Part shown: piece by piece, positions 41,792 through 51,830 of the stretch
How the letters are laid out: each line of letters begins with the position of its first letter
How positions within the stretch are numbered: position 1 is the first letter of the stretch
NCBI GenBank assembly: GCA_964609455.1
Contig: CAZSRD010000001.1
Location: forward strand, 70,920-134,919
Direction of reading: 5' to 3'
DNA length: 64,000 bases
Origin: an uncultured Methanosarcinales archaeon
GTDB taxonomy: Archaea > Nanobdellota > Nanobdellia > Woesearchaeales > JACPBV01
Made by a program: the position numbers and the translations under genes
Notes under the pieces: model-generated
Databases searched by the model: none
Told to the model about the DNA's origin: nothing
What the model saw: the letters and a program-made list of their open reading frames with translations, nothing else

Positions 41792-42793
41792 TTATTTGCT
41801 ATAAGCTCTAAGTTGTACGTTTTTGAATTGTTCAAATAGCCGCATATTTATACTACTGATAGAAACTGAACTGCCATCAATCATTCTTGGAGTTGAGATT
41901 AATCCCATTTTACATAAGACATCTTTTATTCCACCTATTATGTGAGTGTATTTAGAATCAGATTTACCATATAACAATGCACATGCCCAGTCCATATTCC
42001 TTTGTGATGCTTCAATAGGATGTTCATAAACGCTCCTTACAAATTCTGGAGCAACATTAGCCATGCTTGGAACAATGCCTGCTGGTTTTATTTTTCCGCT
42101 AAATGAAGCGTGAATAAGCCTTTCTGAGCCCTGGAAAACCTTAAAGCCTTGGTTTTGAAGCGCAAGAAGCTGCATAAAATAATCTAAATCTTCTGAGCTA
42201 TCTTTGATGCCTGCAATGTTATCATACCTGCTTAATTCACTAACTACTCCTATTGGCAAGCTCTTTTCATCGTGATGTATTCTTTGGTTGTTGTACAAGA
42301 AAAGAGGCAAGCCTTTTTTAGCTGCATAATCTGCTACTTCTTTTGTGAATTGAACAACATTTTCTTCTGTGATTGAATTATAATAATATGGGCATAGTAA
42401 AACATGATTAGCCCTTGCTTCTGTAGCATCATTTATGTTTTGTTTTGTCAGCTGTAATGCTTCTTCATAAGAGCCTGCCCTCAAGTTGTCTGTAACGTTT
42501 GCTATTACAGGCACTCTCCCTTCAGTATGCCCAACAACCCTGATTAGATTATATTTCCTTTGTAAACGACTTAAAGAGTAGAACTCTGCTGTTGCGCCAT
42601 TAACAAGTATTCCATCAACGCCGCCCGTTATTACATGATTAACAATTGCCCAAGGGCTACTTTCGTCTACTTCTAAATCTGGAAGTATTGGGGTGATTAA
42701 AGGGACAATTATGCCCTCCAAGCTTGTTTGTTTCACAACTGTTGCAGTTACTATTGCACTTTTAAATATAACTATTTTTTGGCGTGTAAGCAA
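41792..42793 (-). CDS. DapA/NAL-family class I aldolase (4-hydroxy-tetrahydrodipicolinate synthase-like)
   Basis: GVDGILVNGATAEFYSLS (the GxDG...GTTGE-like motif) and a Schiff-base lysine region GIKDSS. 333 aa. Confidence 0.65.
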   Translation of the reverse strand: MLTRQKIVIFKSAIVTATVVKQTSLEGIIVPLITPILPDLEVDESSPWAIVNHVITGGVDGILVNGATAEFYSLSRLQRKYNLIRVVGHTEGRVPVIANVTDNLRAGSYEEALQLTKQNINDATEARANHVLLCPYYYNSITEENVVQFTKEVADYAAKKGLPLFLYNNQRIHHDEKSLPIGVVSELSRYDNIAGIKDSSEDLDYFMQLLALQNQGFKVFQGSERLIHASFSGKIKPAGIVPSMANVAPEFVRSVYEHPIEASQRNMDWACALLYGKSDSKYTHIIGGIKDVLCKMGLISTPRMIDGSSVSISSINMRLFEQFKNVQLRAYSK

Positions 42794-42848
42794 ATTTTGT
42801 AGTAATATTTATAAACTAAATGGATTTTCTGATAGTACGGTGGTTTGA

Positions 42849-43463
42849 ATCTTAAAAATTGCCGTATTAGGCAGCACAAGGGGAACTGATCTACAAGCTG
42901 TAATAGATGCTATAGAGTCTGATGAGTTACCTGATGTTGAGATTTCTTTTGTTTTAAGCAATAAGTCAGAAGCTGGCATACTTGAAAGAGCCAAAAAACA
43001 TGGTTTAAAGGCTATTTTCTTAGATCCTAAAAGTAAGGAAAGAGAGGAATATGACAGAGAAGTCGATAAACTGTTGGCAGAGCATGGTGTTGATTTAGTT
43101 CTTTTGATAGGATATATGAAACTTATGTCTTCATGGTTTGTACAGAAATGGCTGAATAAGGTTATGAATATACACCCTAGTCTGCTGCCTAAGTATGCTG
43201 GCGGCATGGACAAAGGTGTTCATGAAATGGTTTTAGAGAATGGAGACGAGGTTACAGGAGCAAGCTTAATCTTTATTGATGAAGGAGCAGATACAGGGCC
43301 TATAATACTGCAGAAAGAGGTTCCTGTTGAGGAAGGAGAAACTGTAGATAGCCTGAAAGAAAAGGTACAGGCAGCTGAACAGAAGATTATACTAAAAGGT
43401 ATTGAGTTGTATAGGGATGGAAATATAAAGGTTGATGGCCATAAAGTTAAGATATTAGAATAA
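42849..43463 (+). CDS. purN: Phosphoribosylglycinamide formyltransferase. The N-terminus is in frame, but no ATG/GTG/TTG is available.
   Basis: Frame 0 reads ILKIAVLGSTRGTDLQAVIDA...NIHPSLLP...GASLIFIDEGADTGPIIL (PurN motifs). An in-frame TGA sits at 42846-48 and the first canonical start is TTG at 43074. GGTGG lies 6 nt before ATC at 42849 and ATT is at 42858. Confidence 0.7.
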   Translation: MLKIAVLGSTRGTDLQAVIDAIESDELPDVEISFVLSNKSEAGILERAKKHGLKAIFLDPKSKEREEYDREVDKLLAEHGVDLVLLIGYMKLMSSWFVQKWLNKVMNIHPSLLPKYAGGMDKGVHEMVLENGDEVTGASLIFIDEGADTGPIILQKEVPVEEGETVDSLKEKVQAAEQKIILKGIELYRDGNIKVDGHKVKILE

Positions 43464-43489
43464 TTTATGAAAGAGGAGATGAATGAAAA

Positions 43490-45016
43490 ATGATAAAAAG
43501 GGCATTGATTTCAGTTTTTGACAAGACAGGAATTGTAGAGTTTGCTAAAGAACTTGATAAATTAGGAGTTGAGATATTATCAACTGGGGGGACAGCTAAG
43601 AAATTAAAGGAAGCTGGCGTTAAGGTTAAGGATGTTTCTGAATATACTAAATTTCCCGAGATGATGGACGGCAGAGTTAAAACATTACATCCATTGATAC
43701 ATGGAGGTTTACTTGCTCTTAGAGATAATAAAGAGCACATGAAGCAGGCTAAAGATAACAATATTGAAATGATTGATATGGTTGTTGTCAATCTATATCC
43801 TTTTGAAGATACTGTCAAGAAAAAGGTTAGTTTTGAGGAAACAATTGAAATGATTGATATTGGCGGGCCTTCTATGATAAGGAGTGCTGCTAAGAATTTC
43901 AGGGATGTTATTGTGTTGACAGATCCTAAAGATTATGAGCCAATCCTAACTAAATTGAAGAAAAAGGAAAAGATTTCAATTGAAGAAAGGAAAAAGCTAG
44001 CTCAGAAAGTTTTTGAAAGAACGGCTGTTTATGATAGCATGATTGCAAGGTATTTAGGCGAGGAAGAGCTGCCTGATACAATGGTTTTAGCTTTCAATAA
44101 AGTACAAAACTTAAGATATGGTGAAAACCCTCATCAGAAAGGAGCTTTCTACAGGGAGCCTATCTTACATGAAACCTCAATTGTAAATGCTAAACAGCTT
44201 TGGGGCAAGGAGCTTAGTTATAATAATATATTTGATGGAGATGGAGCTTTAGAGTTGGTCAAGGAATTCAAAGCGCCTGCTGTTGCTGTAATAAAACATG
44301 CTAATCCATGCGGTGTTGCTTCCAGAGATACAATTGAGAAGGCATTTGAAGATGCATATAATGTTGATCCAATGTCTGCTTTTGGCTGTGTAATAGCAAT
44401 GAATAGGACTTGCAGCTTGAAGGTTGCTGAGATGAGTAAAGGAAAATTTATTGAATTATTAATAGCACCAAGTTTTGATAAAGATGCTTTAGAATTCTTA
44501 AAAGAAAATAAAAAGGATTGCAGAATCCTAGAAGTTGGAAAGTTAACAAAAGCTTCTGAAGGCTATGACATGAAAAAAGTTGTTGGTGGTATTCTAATTC
44601 AGTCAAGAGAATGGCCTGATGTTGATAAATTAGAGCTGAAATGTGTAACTAAAAGAAAGCCTAGCGCTAAGGAATTAGAGGATTTAAAGTTTGCATGGAA
44701 AGTCAACAAACATACTAAATCTAATTCTGTTGTTTTTGCTAAAGATAAAACTGGCTATGGCATGGGTGTTGGGCAGATGTCAAGGGTAGATGCTTCTATC
44801 ATTGCAAAAAGAAAATCTGCTGGAAGGGCCCAAGGGGGAGCTATGAGTTCTGATGCATTCTTTCCATTTCCTGATGCGGTTGAAGCTGCTGCTGAGGCTG
44901 GGATTAAATCAATCATTCAACCAGGCGGCGCTAAAAAAGATTCAGAAGTTATTACAAAGTGTGACGAGTTAGGGATTGCAATGGTGTTTTCTGGTGTGAG
45001 GCTGTTTAAGCATTAA
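43490..45016 (+). CDS. purH: Bifunctional AICAR transformylase / IMP cyclohydrolase
   Basis: N-terminal MGS-like domain (ALISVFDKTGIVEFAKEL, LSTGGTAK) and a C-terminal AICARFT domain. 508 aa. Confidence 0.9.
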   Translation: MIKRALISVFDKTGIVEFAKELDKLGVEILSTGGTAKKLKEAGVKVKDVSEYTKFPEMMDGRVKTLHPLIHGGLLALRDNKEHMKQAKDNNIEMIDMVVVNLYPFEDTVKKKVSFEETIEMIDIGGPSMIRSAAKNFRDVIVLTDPKDYEPILTKLKKKEKISIEERKKLAQKVFERTAVYDSMIARYLGEEELPDTMVLAFNKVQNLRYGENPHQKGAFYREPILHETSIVNAKQLWGKELSYNNIFDGDGALELVKEFKAPAVAVIKHANPCGVASRDTIEKAFEDAYNVDPMSAFGCVIAMNRTCSLKVAEMSKGKFIELLIAPSFDKDALEFLKENKKDCRILEVGKLTKASEGYDMKKVVGGILIQSREWPDVDKLELKCVTKRKPSAKELEDLKFAWKVNKHTKSNSVVFAKDKTGYGMGVGQMSRVDASIIAKRKSAGRAQGGAMSSDAFFPFPDAVEAAAEAGIKSIIQPGGAKKDSEVITKCDELGIAMVFSGVRLFKH

Positions 45017-45048
45017 ATTTATTAATCAGCTTAGAATTAGCCATAAAT

Positions 45049-46227
45049 ATGGACTATAATCAAACGATAAAAGAGATATACAGCCTTCATGGCTCTGAAC
45101 ATAAAGGCCATTTTAACCTTAGCTTGGATAATATCAAAATTCTTCTTAAAAAAATAGGAAATCCTGAGAAATCTCTTAAAGTAATTCATGTTGCAGGTAC
45201 TAATGGAAAAGGTTCGGTATGTGCGATGATTAGTTCTGTATTGAAAGAAGCAGGCTATAAGGTGGGGATGTATACTTCCCCTCATCTGAAGGAGTTCAGG
45301 GAAAGATTTTTGATTAATGGAAAAAAAATATCTGAAAAAGATCTAATTAATTATTTTAAAAAGATAAAACCATTTATAACAGACCAAACATTCTTTGAGG
45401 TTATAACTGCGATGGCTTTTCTTTATTTCAAGGATAAAAAAGTAGATTATCTGGTTTTGGAGGTTGGCTTAGGCGGCAGGTTAGATGCTACTAATGTTGT
45501 TGATCCTTTAGTTTCGGTTATAACAAATATTGGATTAGAGCATCAGGATTATTTAGGAGATACTATTAAAAAGATTGCTTATGAAAAAGCTGGGATTATT
45601 AAAGAGGGAAAACCGGTTGTTACTGGTGCTAAAGGTTCTGCTTTGAATGTTATCAAGAAGATTGCGAAGGATAAGGGCTGCAAGGTTTTTACAGACGGCA
45701 AACCAATAAATGTTCCTCTAAAATTAAAAGGGGAATTTCAACTAGTAAATGCTTCAATTGCTATGGAAACCATTAGGGTATTAAATCATTATTATAATTT
45801 AAAAATTAAAAAAAATGAAATAAATAATGGTTTGTTAAAAACTGTATGGCATGGAAGGTTGGAGTTTATCTCTAATAATGTATTAGTTGATTGCGCGCAT
45901 AATCCAGATGCTGTTAAAGCTCTAAAGAAAGAATTGCTGAAGATAAAAAAGGGGTATAATAAGATAATACTAATATTGGGTATACTAAAGGACAAGGATT
46001 ACAAGGCAATGATAAAAGAATTAAAACCATTAAGCAGCAGGACTATACTTGTAAAGCCAAATATACCCCGAGCCATAGACCCAAGGATACTTGCTGAGCA
46101 GATTGAGTTCAATTACATAATAATAGAGAATGTAAAGGCAGCTCTGGGTTATGCTAAGAAGATTGCTAAGCAAGATGACTTAATATTGGTTACTGGCTCT
46201 ATCTATGTTGTTGGAGAGATAATATAA
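45049..46227 (+). CDS. folC: Folylpolyglutamate synthase / dihydrofolate synthase (Mur-ligase fold)
   Basis: HVAGTNGKGS P-loop, YTSPHL, and the DCAHNPDA region. 392 aa. Confidence 0.8.
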   Translation: MDYNQTIKEIYSLHGSEHKGHFNLSLDNIKILLKKIGNPEKSLKVIHVAGTNGKGSVCAMISSVLKEAGYKVGMYTSPHLKEFRERFLINGKKISEKDLINYFKKIKPFITDQTFFEVITAMAFLYFKDKKVDYLVLEVGLGGRLDATNVVDPLVSVITNIGLEHQDYLGDTIKKIAYEKAGIIKEGKPVVTGAKGSALNVIKKIAKDKGCKVFTDGKPINVPLKLKGEFQLVNASIAMETIRVLNHYYNLKIKKNEINNGLLKTVWHGRLEFISNNVLVDCAHNPDAVKALKKELLKIKKGYNKIILILGILKDKDYKAMIKELKPLSSRTILVKPNIPRAIDPRILAEQIEFNYIIIENVKAALGYAKKIAKQDDLILVTGSIYVVGEII

Positions 46228-46281
46228 AATCCAAAAAATATATAAAGCAATATACTTAATCTTTCTTATAGGGGTGATTAT

Positions 46282-47061
46282 ATGCCTAAGGCGTTAGTAA
46301 TATTTGGCTCTAAATCAGATGCGCCTGTTTACAAGGAGATAATGCATGGATTGAAAAAAGAAGGTGTTGAAGCAGAATTAAGGATAAGCTCTGCGCATAG
46401 GACACCTGAAGAGCTTGAGCAGATAATAAGTTCTGATTATGACCTTATAATTGCAGGTGCTGGGTTAAGCGCTGCTCTGCCTGGTGTGATTGCTTCTAAA
46501 ACTATAAAACCAGTAATTGGCGTTCCTTGCCACGGCAGCTATCAAGGCCTAGACGCTTTGCTTTCTATAATGCAGATGCCTTCTGGGATACCTGTCTTGA
46601 GTGTTGGTGTCAATGCTGTTGATGCAGCTGTTAAGAACGCTACTAAAATACTGGGACAACATTCTACTGTTAATTTAATAAGCGAGGCGCCTAGTGAGGC
46701 CTTGAAAAAAGCAAAAGCAATCTTTGAGGAGTTTGACATTAAATTTAGTGAATCTGAAGGGCCAGAAGAGGATGGCATAAATATCGAATTTATAAGTTTA
46801 GATGAGCCAATACCTGAAAAGGAGCAATTAGTCATTTACTGCCCAGTATTGCTAAAAGATGATGACAAAGCAGAAGCTGCTTTGAATGTTTTAAAGCATA
46901 GTACACATGGCTTATGGGTGGGGCTGAATAATGGCAAGAATGCTGCTCTGGCTGCAATTCAAATTCTTAATGTGGGCAATAAGTATACACTTAAGCTAGA
47001 GGAGTTTAGGGATAAATTAAAGAGCCAGGTTAAGGAAAGCGATAAAGAACTTCAACAGTAA
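46282..47061 (+). CDS. purE: PurE (AIR carboxylase / N5-CAIR mutase) with a degenerate PurE-like C-terminal repeat
   Basis: The first ~150 aa have ALVIFGSKSDAPV and SAHRTPEEL. The C-terminal ~100 aa repeat a weaker PurE-like pattern (VGLNNGKNAALAAIQIL). 259 aa. Confidence 0.75.
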   Translation: MPKALVIFGSKSDAPVYKEIMHGLKKEGVEAELRISSAHRTPEELEQIISSDYDLIIAGAGLSAALPGVIASKTIKPVIGVPCHGSYQGLDALLSIMQMPSGIPVLSVGVNAVDAAVKNATKILGQHSTVNLISEAPSEALKKAKAIFEEFDIKFSESEGPEEDGINIEFISLDEPIPEKEQLVIYCPVLLKDDDKAEAALNVLKHSTHGLWVGLNNGKNAALAAIQILNVGNKYTLKLEEFRDKLKSQVKESDKELQQ

Positions 47062-47075
47062 GGAGGCTGGTTAGT

Positions 47076-48044
47076 GTGGCATCTGACAAGGGTATTAAGC
47101 AACAAATAAATTTTACATTAAATGAGACTAATTTTAAAGGTTTAGGTGAAAGAAAAAAAGGCAAGGTCAGGGATGTTTATGTTTCTGATGATAAAATATT
47201 TTTAATAGCAACTGACAGGCAAAGCGCTTTTGACAGAATATTGGCCAGAATTCCATTTAAAGGGCAGGTTTTAACACAGACATCTGTTTTTTGGTTTGAA
47301 CAGACAAAAGATATTATTGCTAACCATGTTATTGATGTCCCTGATCCAAATGTTGTTGTTTGCAAAAAATTGAAGGTATTTCCTGTTGAGGTTGTTGTAA
47401 GAGGATATATAACTGGCGTAACATCAACAGCAGCATGGACAGCTTACGCTAAAGGTGAGAGGAATTTTTGCGGGAATGTTTTGCCTGAAGGCCTGAAGAA
47501 GAACCAAAAGTTTGATACACCCATTATAACTCCAACAACAAAATCTGATGAGCATGATGAGAAGATTTCAGGAGAAGAGATTGTTAAAAAAGGATTAATG
47601 AGCAAGGAGCAATGGAGGCTTGTTTCTGCTAAATCTCTTGAATTGTTTGATAGAGGAACTGAGATTGCTGCAAAGAACGGCTTAATCCTAGTAGACACAA
47701 AATACGAATTTGGCTACGATTCCGAAGGGAATATATTCTTGATAGATGAGATTCATACACCTGATAGTTCTCGTTTTTGGATTAAAGAAACTTATGAAGA
47801 AAGGATTGCAAAAGGCGAAGAGCCAGAGAACATTGACAAGGAATTCTTAAGGTTGTGGTTTACAGAGCATTGTGACCCATATAAGGATAAGGTTTTGCCA
47901 GAGGCTCCTGAAGAGTTGGTAATTGAGTTGAGCAAAAGGTATATCCAGCTTTATGAGATGATAACAGGGAATAAGTTCAAGACTAAGGTTGGAGATGTTT
48001 CTAAAAGGATTGAGGAGAATTTGAAAAATGCAGGCTACATTTAA
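47076..48044 (+). CDS. purC: SAICAR synthetase
   Basis: The motifs KGKVRDVYVSDDKIFLIATDRQSAFD and LVDTKYEFG. GTG start. Confidence 0.9.
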   Translation: MASDKGIKQQINFTLNETNFKGLGERKKGKVRDVYVSDDKIFLIATDRQSAFDRILARIPFKGQVLTQTSVFWFEQTKDIIANHVIDVPDPNVVVCKKLKVFPVEVVVRGYITGVTSTAAWTAYAKGERNFCGNVLPEGLKKNQKFDTPIITPTTKSDEHDEKISGEEIVKKGLMSKEQWRLVSAKSLELFDRGTEIAAKNGLILVDTKYEFGYDSEGNIFLIDEIHTPDSSRFWIKETYEERIAKGEEPENIDKEFLRLWFTEHCDPYKDKVLPEAPEELVIELSKRYIQLYEMITGNKFKTKVGDVSKRIEENLKNAGYI

Positions 48045-48792
48045 ACAAACAGCTATCAAAGCGGCAAAAGAAGCTGGAAAGATACAATTAAGGTATTTTG
48101 CCAAGGGAATTAAAAAGAGCAGGAAAAAGGATGATAGTTTCGTTACTAAGGCGGATATTGAGAGCAGTGATAAAATAAGGCATATAATTCTTAAAAGGTT
48201 TCCAGAGCACAATATTTTATGCGAGGAGTATGGAAAAAGCAATAGGAAATCAGGCTATAAGTGGATTATTGACCCTTTAGATGGGACGCATAATTTTATT
48301 ATGGATAACCCTCTTTTTGGCGCTTCTATTGCACTAGAGCATGAAGGAGAAATTGTATTAGGTGTGATTTACCTGCCTGTTCTAAAAAGATTATATTATG
48401 CGGAAAAAGGAAAAGGGGCTTTTTGTAATGGAAAACGAATTAAGGTTAACAATGAAACTGATTTAAAGAAATGCTTGTTTATGTTTGATGCTAAGTTAAG
48501 AAGCAAAACTGATATGAAAATACGGATACTCAAAAAATTAGCAAAGTTAACATGGCGCTTTAGGGTTTATGGCGCTGCTGTTTACCATAGTTTGTTAGTT
48601 GCAGAGGGCAAAGCTGGGCTTAACATTGATTTTGACTCAAACTCGTGGGATCATTCTGCTGCTTTATTGATGGTTGAAGAAGCAGGCGGCAAAGTAACTG
48701 ATATTAACGGGAAAAAATGGAATCCTTATATGGAAGATTATATTGCTTCTAATGGGAAGATCCATAGTAAGGTTTTAAACGTTCTTAAATAG
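48028..48792 (+). CDS. Inositol-monophosphatase / FBPase-family phosphatase
   Basis: WIIDPLDGTHNF metal-binding motif and a C-terminal WDHSAA. 254 aa. Overlaps purC by 17 nt. Confidence 0.75.
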   Translation: MQATFKQTAIKAAKEAGKIQLRYFAKGIKKSRKKDDSFVTKADIESSDKIRHIILKRFPEHNILCEEYGKSNRKSGYKWIIDPLDGTHNFIMDNPLFGASIALEHEGEIVLGVIYLPVLKRLYYAEKGKGAFCNGKRIKVNNETDLKKCLFMFDAKLRSKTDMKIRILKKLAKLTWRFRVYGAAVYHSLLVAEGKAGLNIDFDSNSWDHSAALLMVEEAGGKVTDINGKKWNPYMEDYIASNGKIHSKVLNVLK

Positions 48793-48934
48793 TAAACAAT
48801 ATATATAATGTATTACAGTAAAGTTTATAAATAATGAACACTTCACTTATTCTATTCGTATCACATTCATAAAAACCACCAATAGAGGTTTTAATAAAAA
48901 AACCTACTCCCAAAAGAGATACGGGTTCTTTATT

Positions 48935-50644
48935 ATGTTGCCTTTGTTGGTGGTTTTTTATGAAATTAAAGAGGTAGATTATAAGATGGAACTATCAAAA
49001 CTGTTTACAAAGAAGAATATTGAAATTCTTAGGTTATTAGAAGAAGAATCTATGCACATAAGAGAGATTGCTGAAAAATTAAATATTTCTCCTGCTAAAG
49101 TGCATGGCACTATACAGCTTTTTAAGAAAAATAATATTATAAACATTATTGATGATAAGAACAGAAAGATCATAAAGCTAAATAAAAACAACAAGGTGCT
49201 TAAGAATATTGAGAATTTGATCAACCTAAAAGAAGGGGTATCAGGAGAAGAAGAGGACATAGCTTTGTTTGATAATATTTCCCCTTTAGACTTTAGGTAT
49301 TACGGGAGAAGTGATAAGGTTAAAGAGAAGTTAAGGCCTTACCTTTCTGAAGAGGGTGCTGTTCGTTACTTAGCCAGGGTTGAAGCTGCTTTGACAAGGA
49401 CATTAGCTAAGAAAGGGGTTTGCAGTAAAGCTATTGCTGACGAAGTTTCAAGAGCTTGCCACCAGATTACTGCTCAAGAGGTTTATTTGGAGGAAGACAA
49501 AATAAAGCATAATATCAGAGCTCTGGCTAATTCCATCCGTAAGAGGGTTTCTGATAAGGCTAAGCCTTATGTCCATTTTACAACAACATCCCATGATATA
49601 ATATGCACGGCAGATGCATCTCGCTTTAAGGATTTTTCAAACGAAGTTTTGATTCCTGCTTTAATCAATTTTGAAAGAACATTAATTTATTTGGCCTTAC
49701 GTGAAAAAAATACATTACAGATTGGAAGAACACACGGGCAGCATGCAGAGCCTATTACATTTGGCTTTGCAATCGCACAATATGTTTCAAGAGTTGGGGC
49801 CAGGATAAGGGCGGTTCATAAGGCTGCTAATAACTTACGCGGTAAAATTGCAGGGGCTGTTGGAGCATATAATGCTTCTTCGCTATTTTTTGCAGATCCA
49901 GAAGAGTTTGAAAGAGCGGTTTTAGCTGAATTAAAGCTTAAGCCTTCTCCGATCTCTACCCAGGTTGTAGAAGCAGAGTATATGGCTGATTATTTTCATT
50001 CAATAATCTCTTGTTTTGGTGTCCTGGCGAATTTGGCAGATGACATGAGGCATTTGCAAAGAAGCGAGATAGCTGAAGTTGCAGAAGCATTTGGAGAAAA
50101 ACAGGTTGGAAGCTCTACAATGCCGCATAAGAGGAATCCAATCAACTTTGAAAATGTTAAATCCATGTGGAAAGAGTTCATGCCAAGGATGAGCACCATA
50201 TATATGGACCAGATATGCGAACATCAACGAGATTTGACAAATTCAGCTTCATCAAGATTTGTTACGGAGATTTTGGCTGGTTTGTATGTTTCAGTTACAA
50301 GGCTGAACAAAACAATGAGCAAACTGGTAGTTGATAAACCAAATTTGAAAAAGAATTTTGATATGAATAAAGAGATGATAACAGCAGAGCCTGCATATAT
50401 TTTATTAGCAGCACATAATCATCCTGATGCGCATGAATATGTAAGGAAGCTTACATTGGAAAGCCAGCAAACAGGAAAGCCATTTAGGGAGCTTTTGCTA
50501 AGAGATCCTGGATTGAAGCCTTATTTAGATAAGTTCAGTAAAAGGCAGATTGAAATTTTAAAGAATCCTGAAAGGTATACGGGGATTGCTGCTAAAAAAG
50601 TAGAGAATATATGCGGCTTTTGGAAGAAAGAGCTGAAGATTTAA
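48935..50644 (+). CDS. purB: Adenylosuccinate lyase with an N-terminal ~100-aa winged-HTH domain fused in frame
   Basis: The wHTH is IEILRLLEEESMHIREIAEKLNISPAKVHGTIQLFKK. The PurB part runs from LDFRYYG through the fumarate-lyase signature GSSTMPHKRNP. 569 aa. A possible alternative start is MELSKL at 48986. Confidence 0.8.
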   Translation: MLPLLVVFYEIKEVDYKMELSKLFTKKNIEILRLLEEESMHIREIAEKLNISPAKVHGTIQLFKKNNIINIIDDKNRKIIKLNKNNKVLKNIENLINLKEGVSGEEEDIALFDNISPLDFRYYGRSDKVKEKLRPYLSEEGAVRYLARVEAALTRTLAKKGVCSKAIADEVSRACHQITAQEVYLEEDKIKHNIRALANSIRKRVSDKAKPYVHFTTTSHDIICTADASRFKDFSNEVLIPALINFERTLIYLALREKNTLQIGRTHGQHAEPITFGFAIAQYVSRVGARIRAVHKAANNLRGKIAGAVGAYNASSLFFADPEEFERAVLAELKLKPSPISTQVVEAEYMADYFHSIISCFGVLANLADDMRHLQRSEIAEVAEAFGEKQVGSSTMPHKRNPINFENVKSMWKEFMPRMSTIYMDQICEHQRDLTNSASSRFVTEILAGLYVSVTRLNKTMSKLVVDKPNLKKNFDMNKEMITAEPAYILLAAHNHPDAHEYVRKLTLESQQTGKPFRELLLRDPGLKPYLDKFSKRQIEILKNPERYTGIAAKKVENICGFWKKELKI

Positions 50645-50711
50645 ATTAAACCTTTTGGTTTAATAATCTCTAAACCAAAACTTTATATATTCCAATAAAA
50701 TTCATGTTTTT

Positions 50712-51830
50712 ATGGATATAGATTACAAGAAAACAAAGGTTTTCTCTAATCCGGTAAAGCCCTCACAAGGTTCGGACTTTACGGATTACCAAAAAAGAGA
50801 AGCCAAAGCAGTTAGCGCTATAAAGAAAGCTATACCTTCTTCTTTAAAGAAAAATATGGTTTATGGTGAAGGGATGTTTGCTGAGCTGTATTCTAATGAT
50901 AAGGTATTTCCTAATCATTTAATGGCTTGTGCTATTGATGGCGTTGGAACTAAATTATTGTTAGCTGAGGAGATGGAAAAGTATGATACTATTGGCATTG
51001 ATTTAGTTGCTATGTCTGCGAATGATTTGGCTACTCTTGGGAAGGTTTCTCCGTTTTTGTTTATTGATTATTTTGCTGTTCAAAATGAATTTGAGGAGAT
51101 GGGTTTAACTGGAGACTTGATGAAAGGGATTGTTAAGGGATTAGAGATGTGCGATGTTGGAGACATCTTAAGAAGCTCTATACATGTTAATATTGGAAAA
51201 GGTGAAACTGCCTCTGTTGATGAGATGGTAAAAGGCTTAAAGCCAGGAATGGGATTTGATATCGCTGGCGGTTTAATTGGTTTTATGAAAAAAGAAGATC
51301 TTAATACTTCTGTAAAAGTTGGAGATAAGATAATTGCTTTGAAAAGCTCTGGAGCACATTCAAATGGCTATACTGACTTAAGGTTGAAGTTTTTAAAAAA
51401 TAGAAAAATAGAGGATAAGTTTGATGGCTCTACAATTGGAGAGATTTTATTAGAGCCAACGAGGATATATTCTAAAACAGTTGCTGCTATTGCTGATAAG
51501 GTTAAATTAGTAGGAATTAACAATACTGGATATGGGCTAAAGAACCTGAATAGGGTAAAAGGGGTGCAGTTTGAGATTAATGCTCCTATTAAGCCGCAGC
51601 CGATATTTGAGCTTGTGCAGAAAGAAACTAAGTTTTCAGATGAAGATATGTACAGGAAGTTTAATATGGGCCAGGGTTTCTTTTTGATAGTTGATTCAAA
51701 AGATGCTGACAATGCTGTTTCTATTGCCTCTAAGTTTAAGGATGAAGCTAAAGTAATTGGAGAAGTTAAGAAAGGAAGTGGAACTGTTCTTTTAAAAGAT
51801 AATAAAAAGATATTGTTTGAAGGGTATTAA
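50712..51830 (+). CDS. purM: Phosphoribosylformylglycinamidine cyclo-ligase (AIR synthetase)
   Basis: AIDGVGTKLLLAEEM and the PurM N/C domain pattern. 372 aa. Confidence 0.85.
   Translation: MDIDYKKTKVFSNPVKPSQGSDFTDYQKREAKAVSAIKKAIPSSLKKNMVYGEGMFAELYSNDKVFPNHLMACAIDGVGTKLLLAEEMEKYDTIGIDLVAMSANDLATLGKVSPFLFIDYFAVQNEFEEMGLTGDLMKGIVKGLEMCDVGDILRSSIHVNIGKGETASVDEMVKGLKPGMGFDIAGGLIGFMKKEDLNTSVKVGDKIIALKSSGAHSNGYTDLRLKFLKNRKIEDKFDGSTIGEILLEPTRIYSKTVAAIADKVKLVGINNTGYGLKNLNRVKGVQFEINAPIKPQPIFELVQKETKFSDEDMYRKFNMGQGFFLIVDSKDADNAVSIASKFKDEAKVIGEVKKGSGTVLLKDNKKILFEGY

Noticed and set aside
42809-43213. 134-aa ORF antisense to purN
   Set aside because: The opposite frame carries the conserved PurN sequence.
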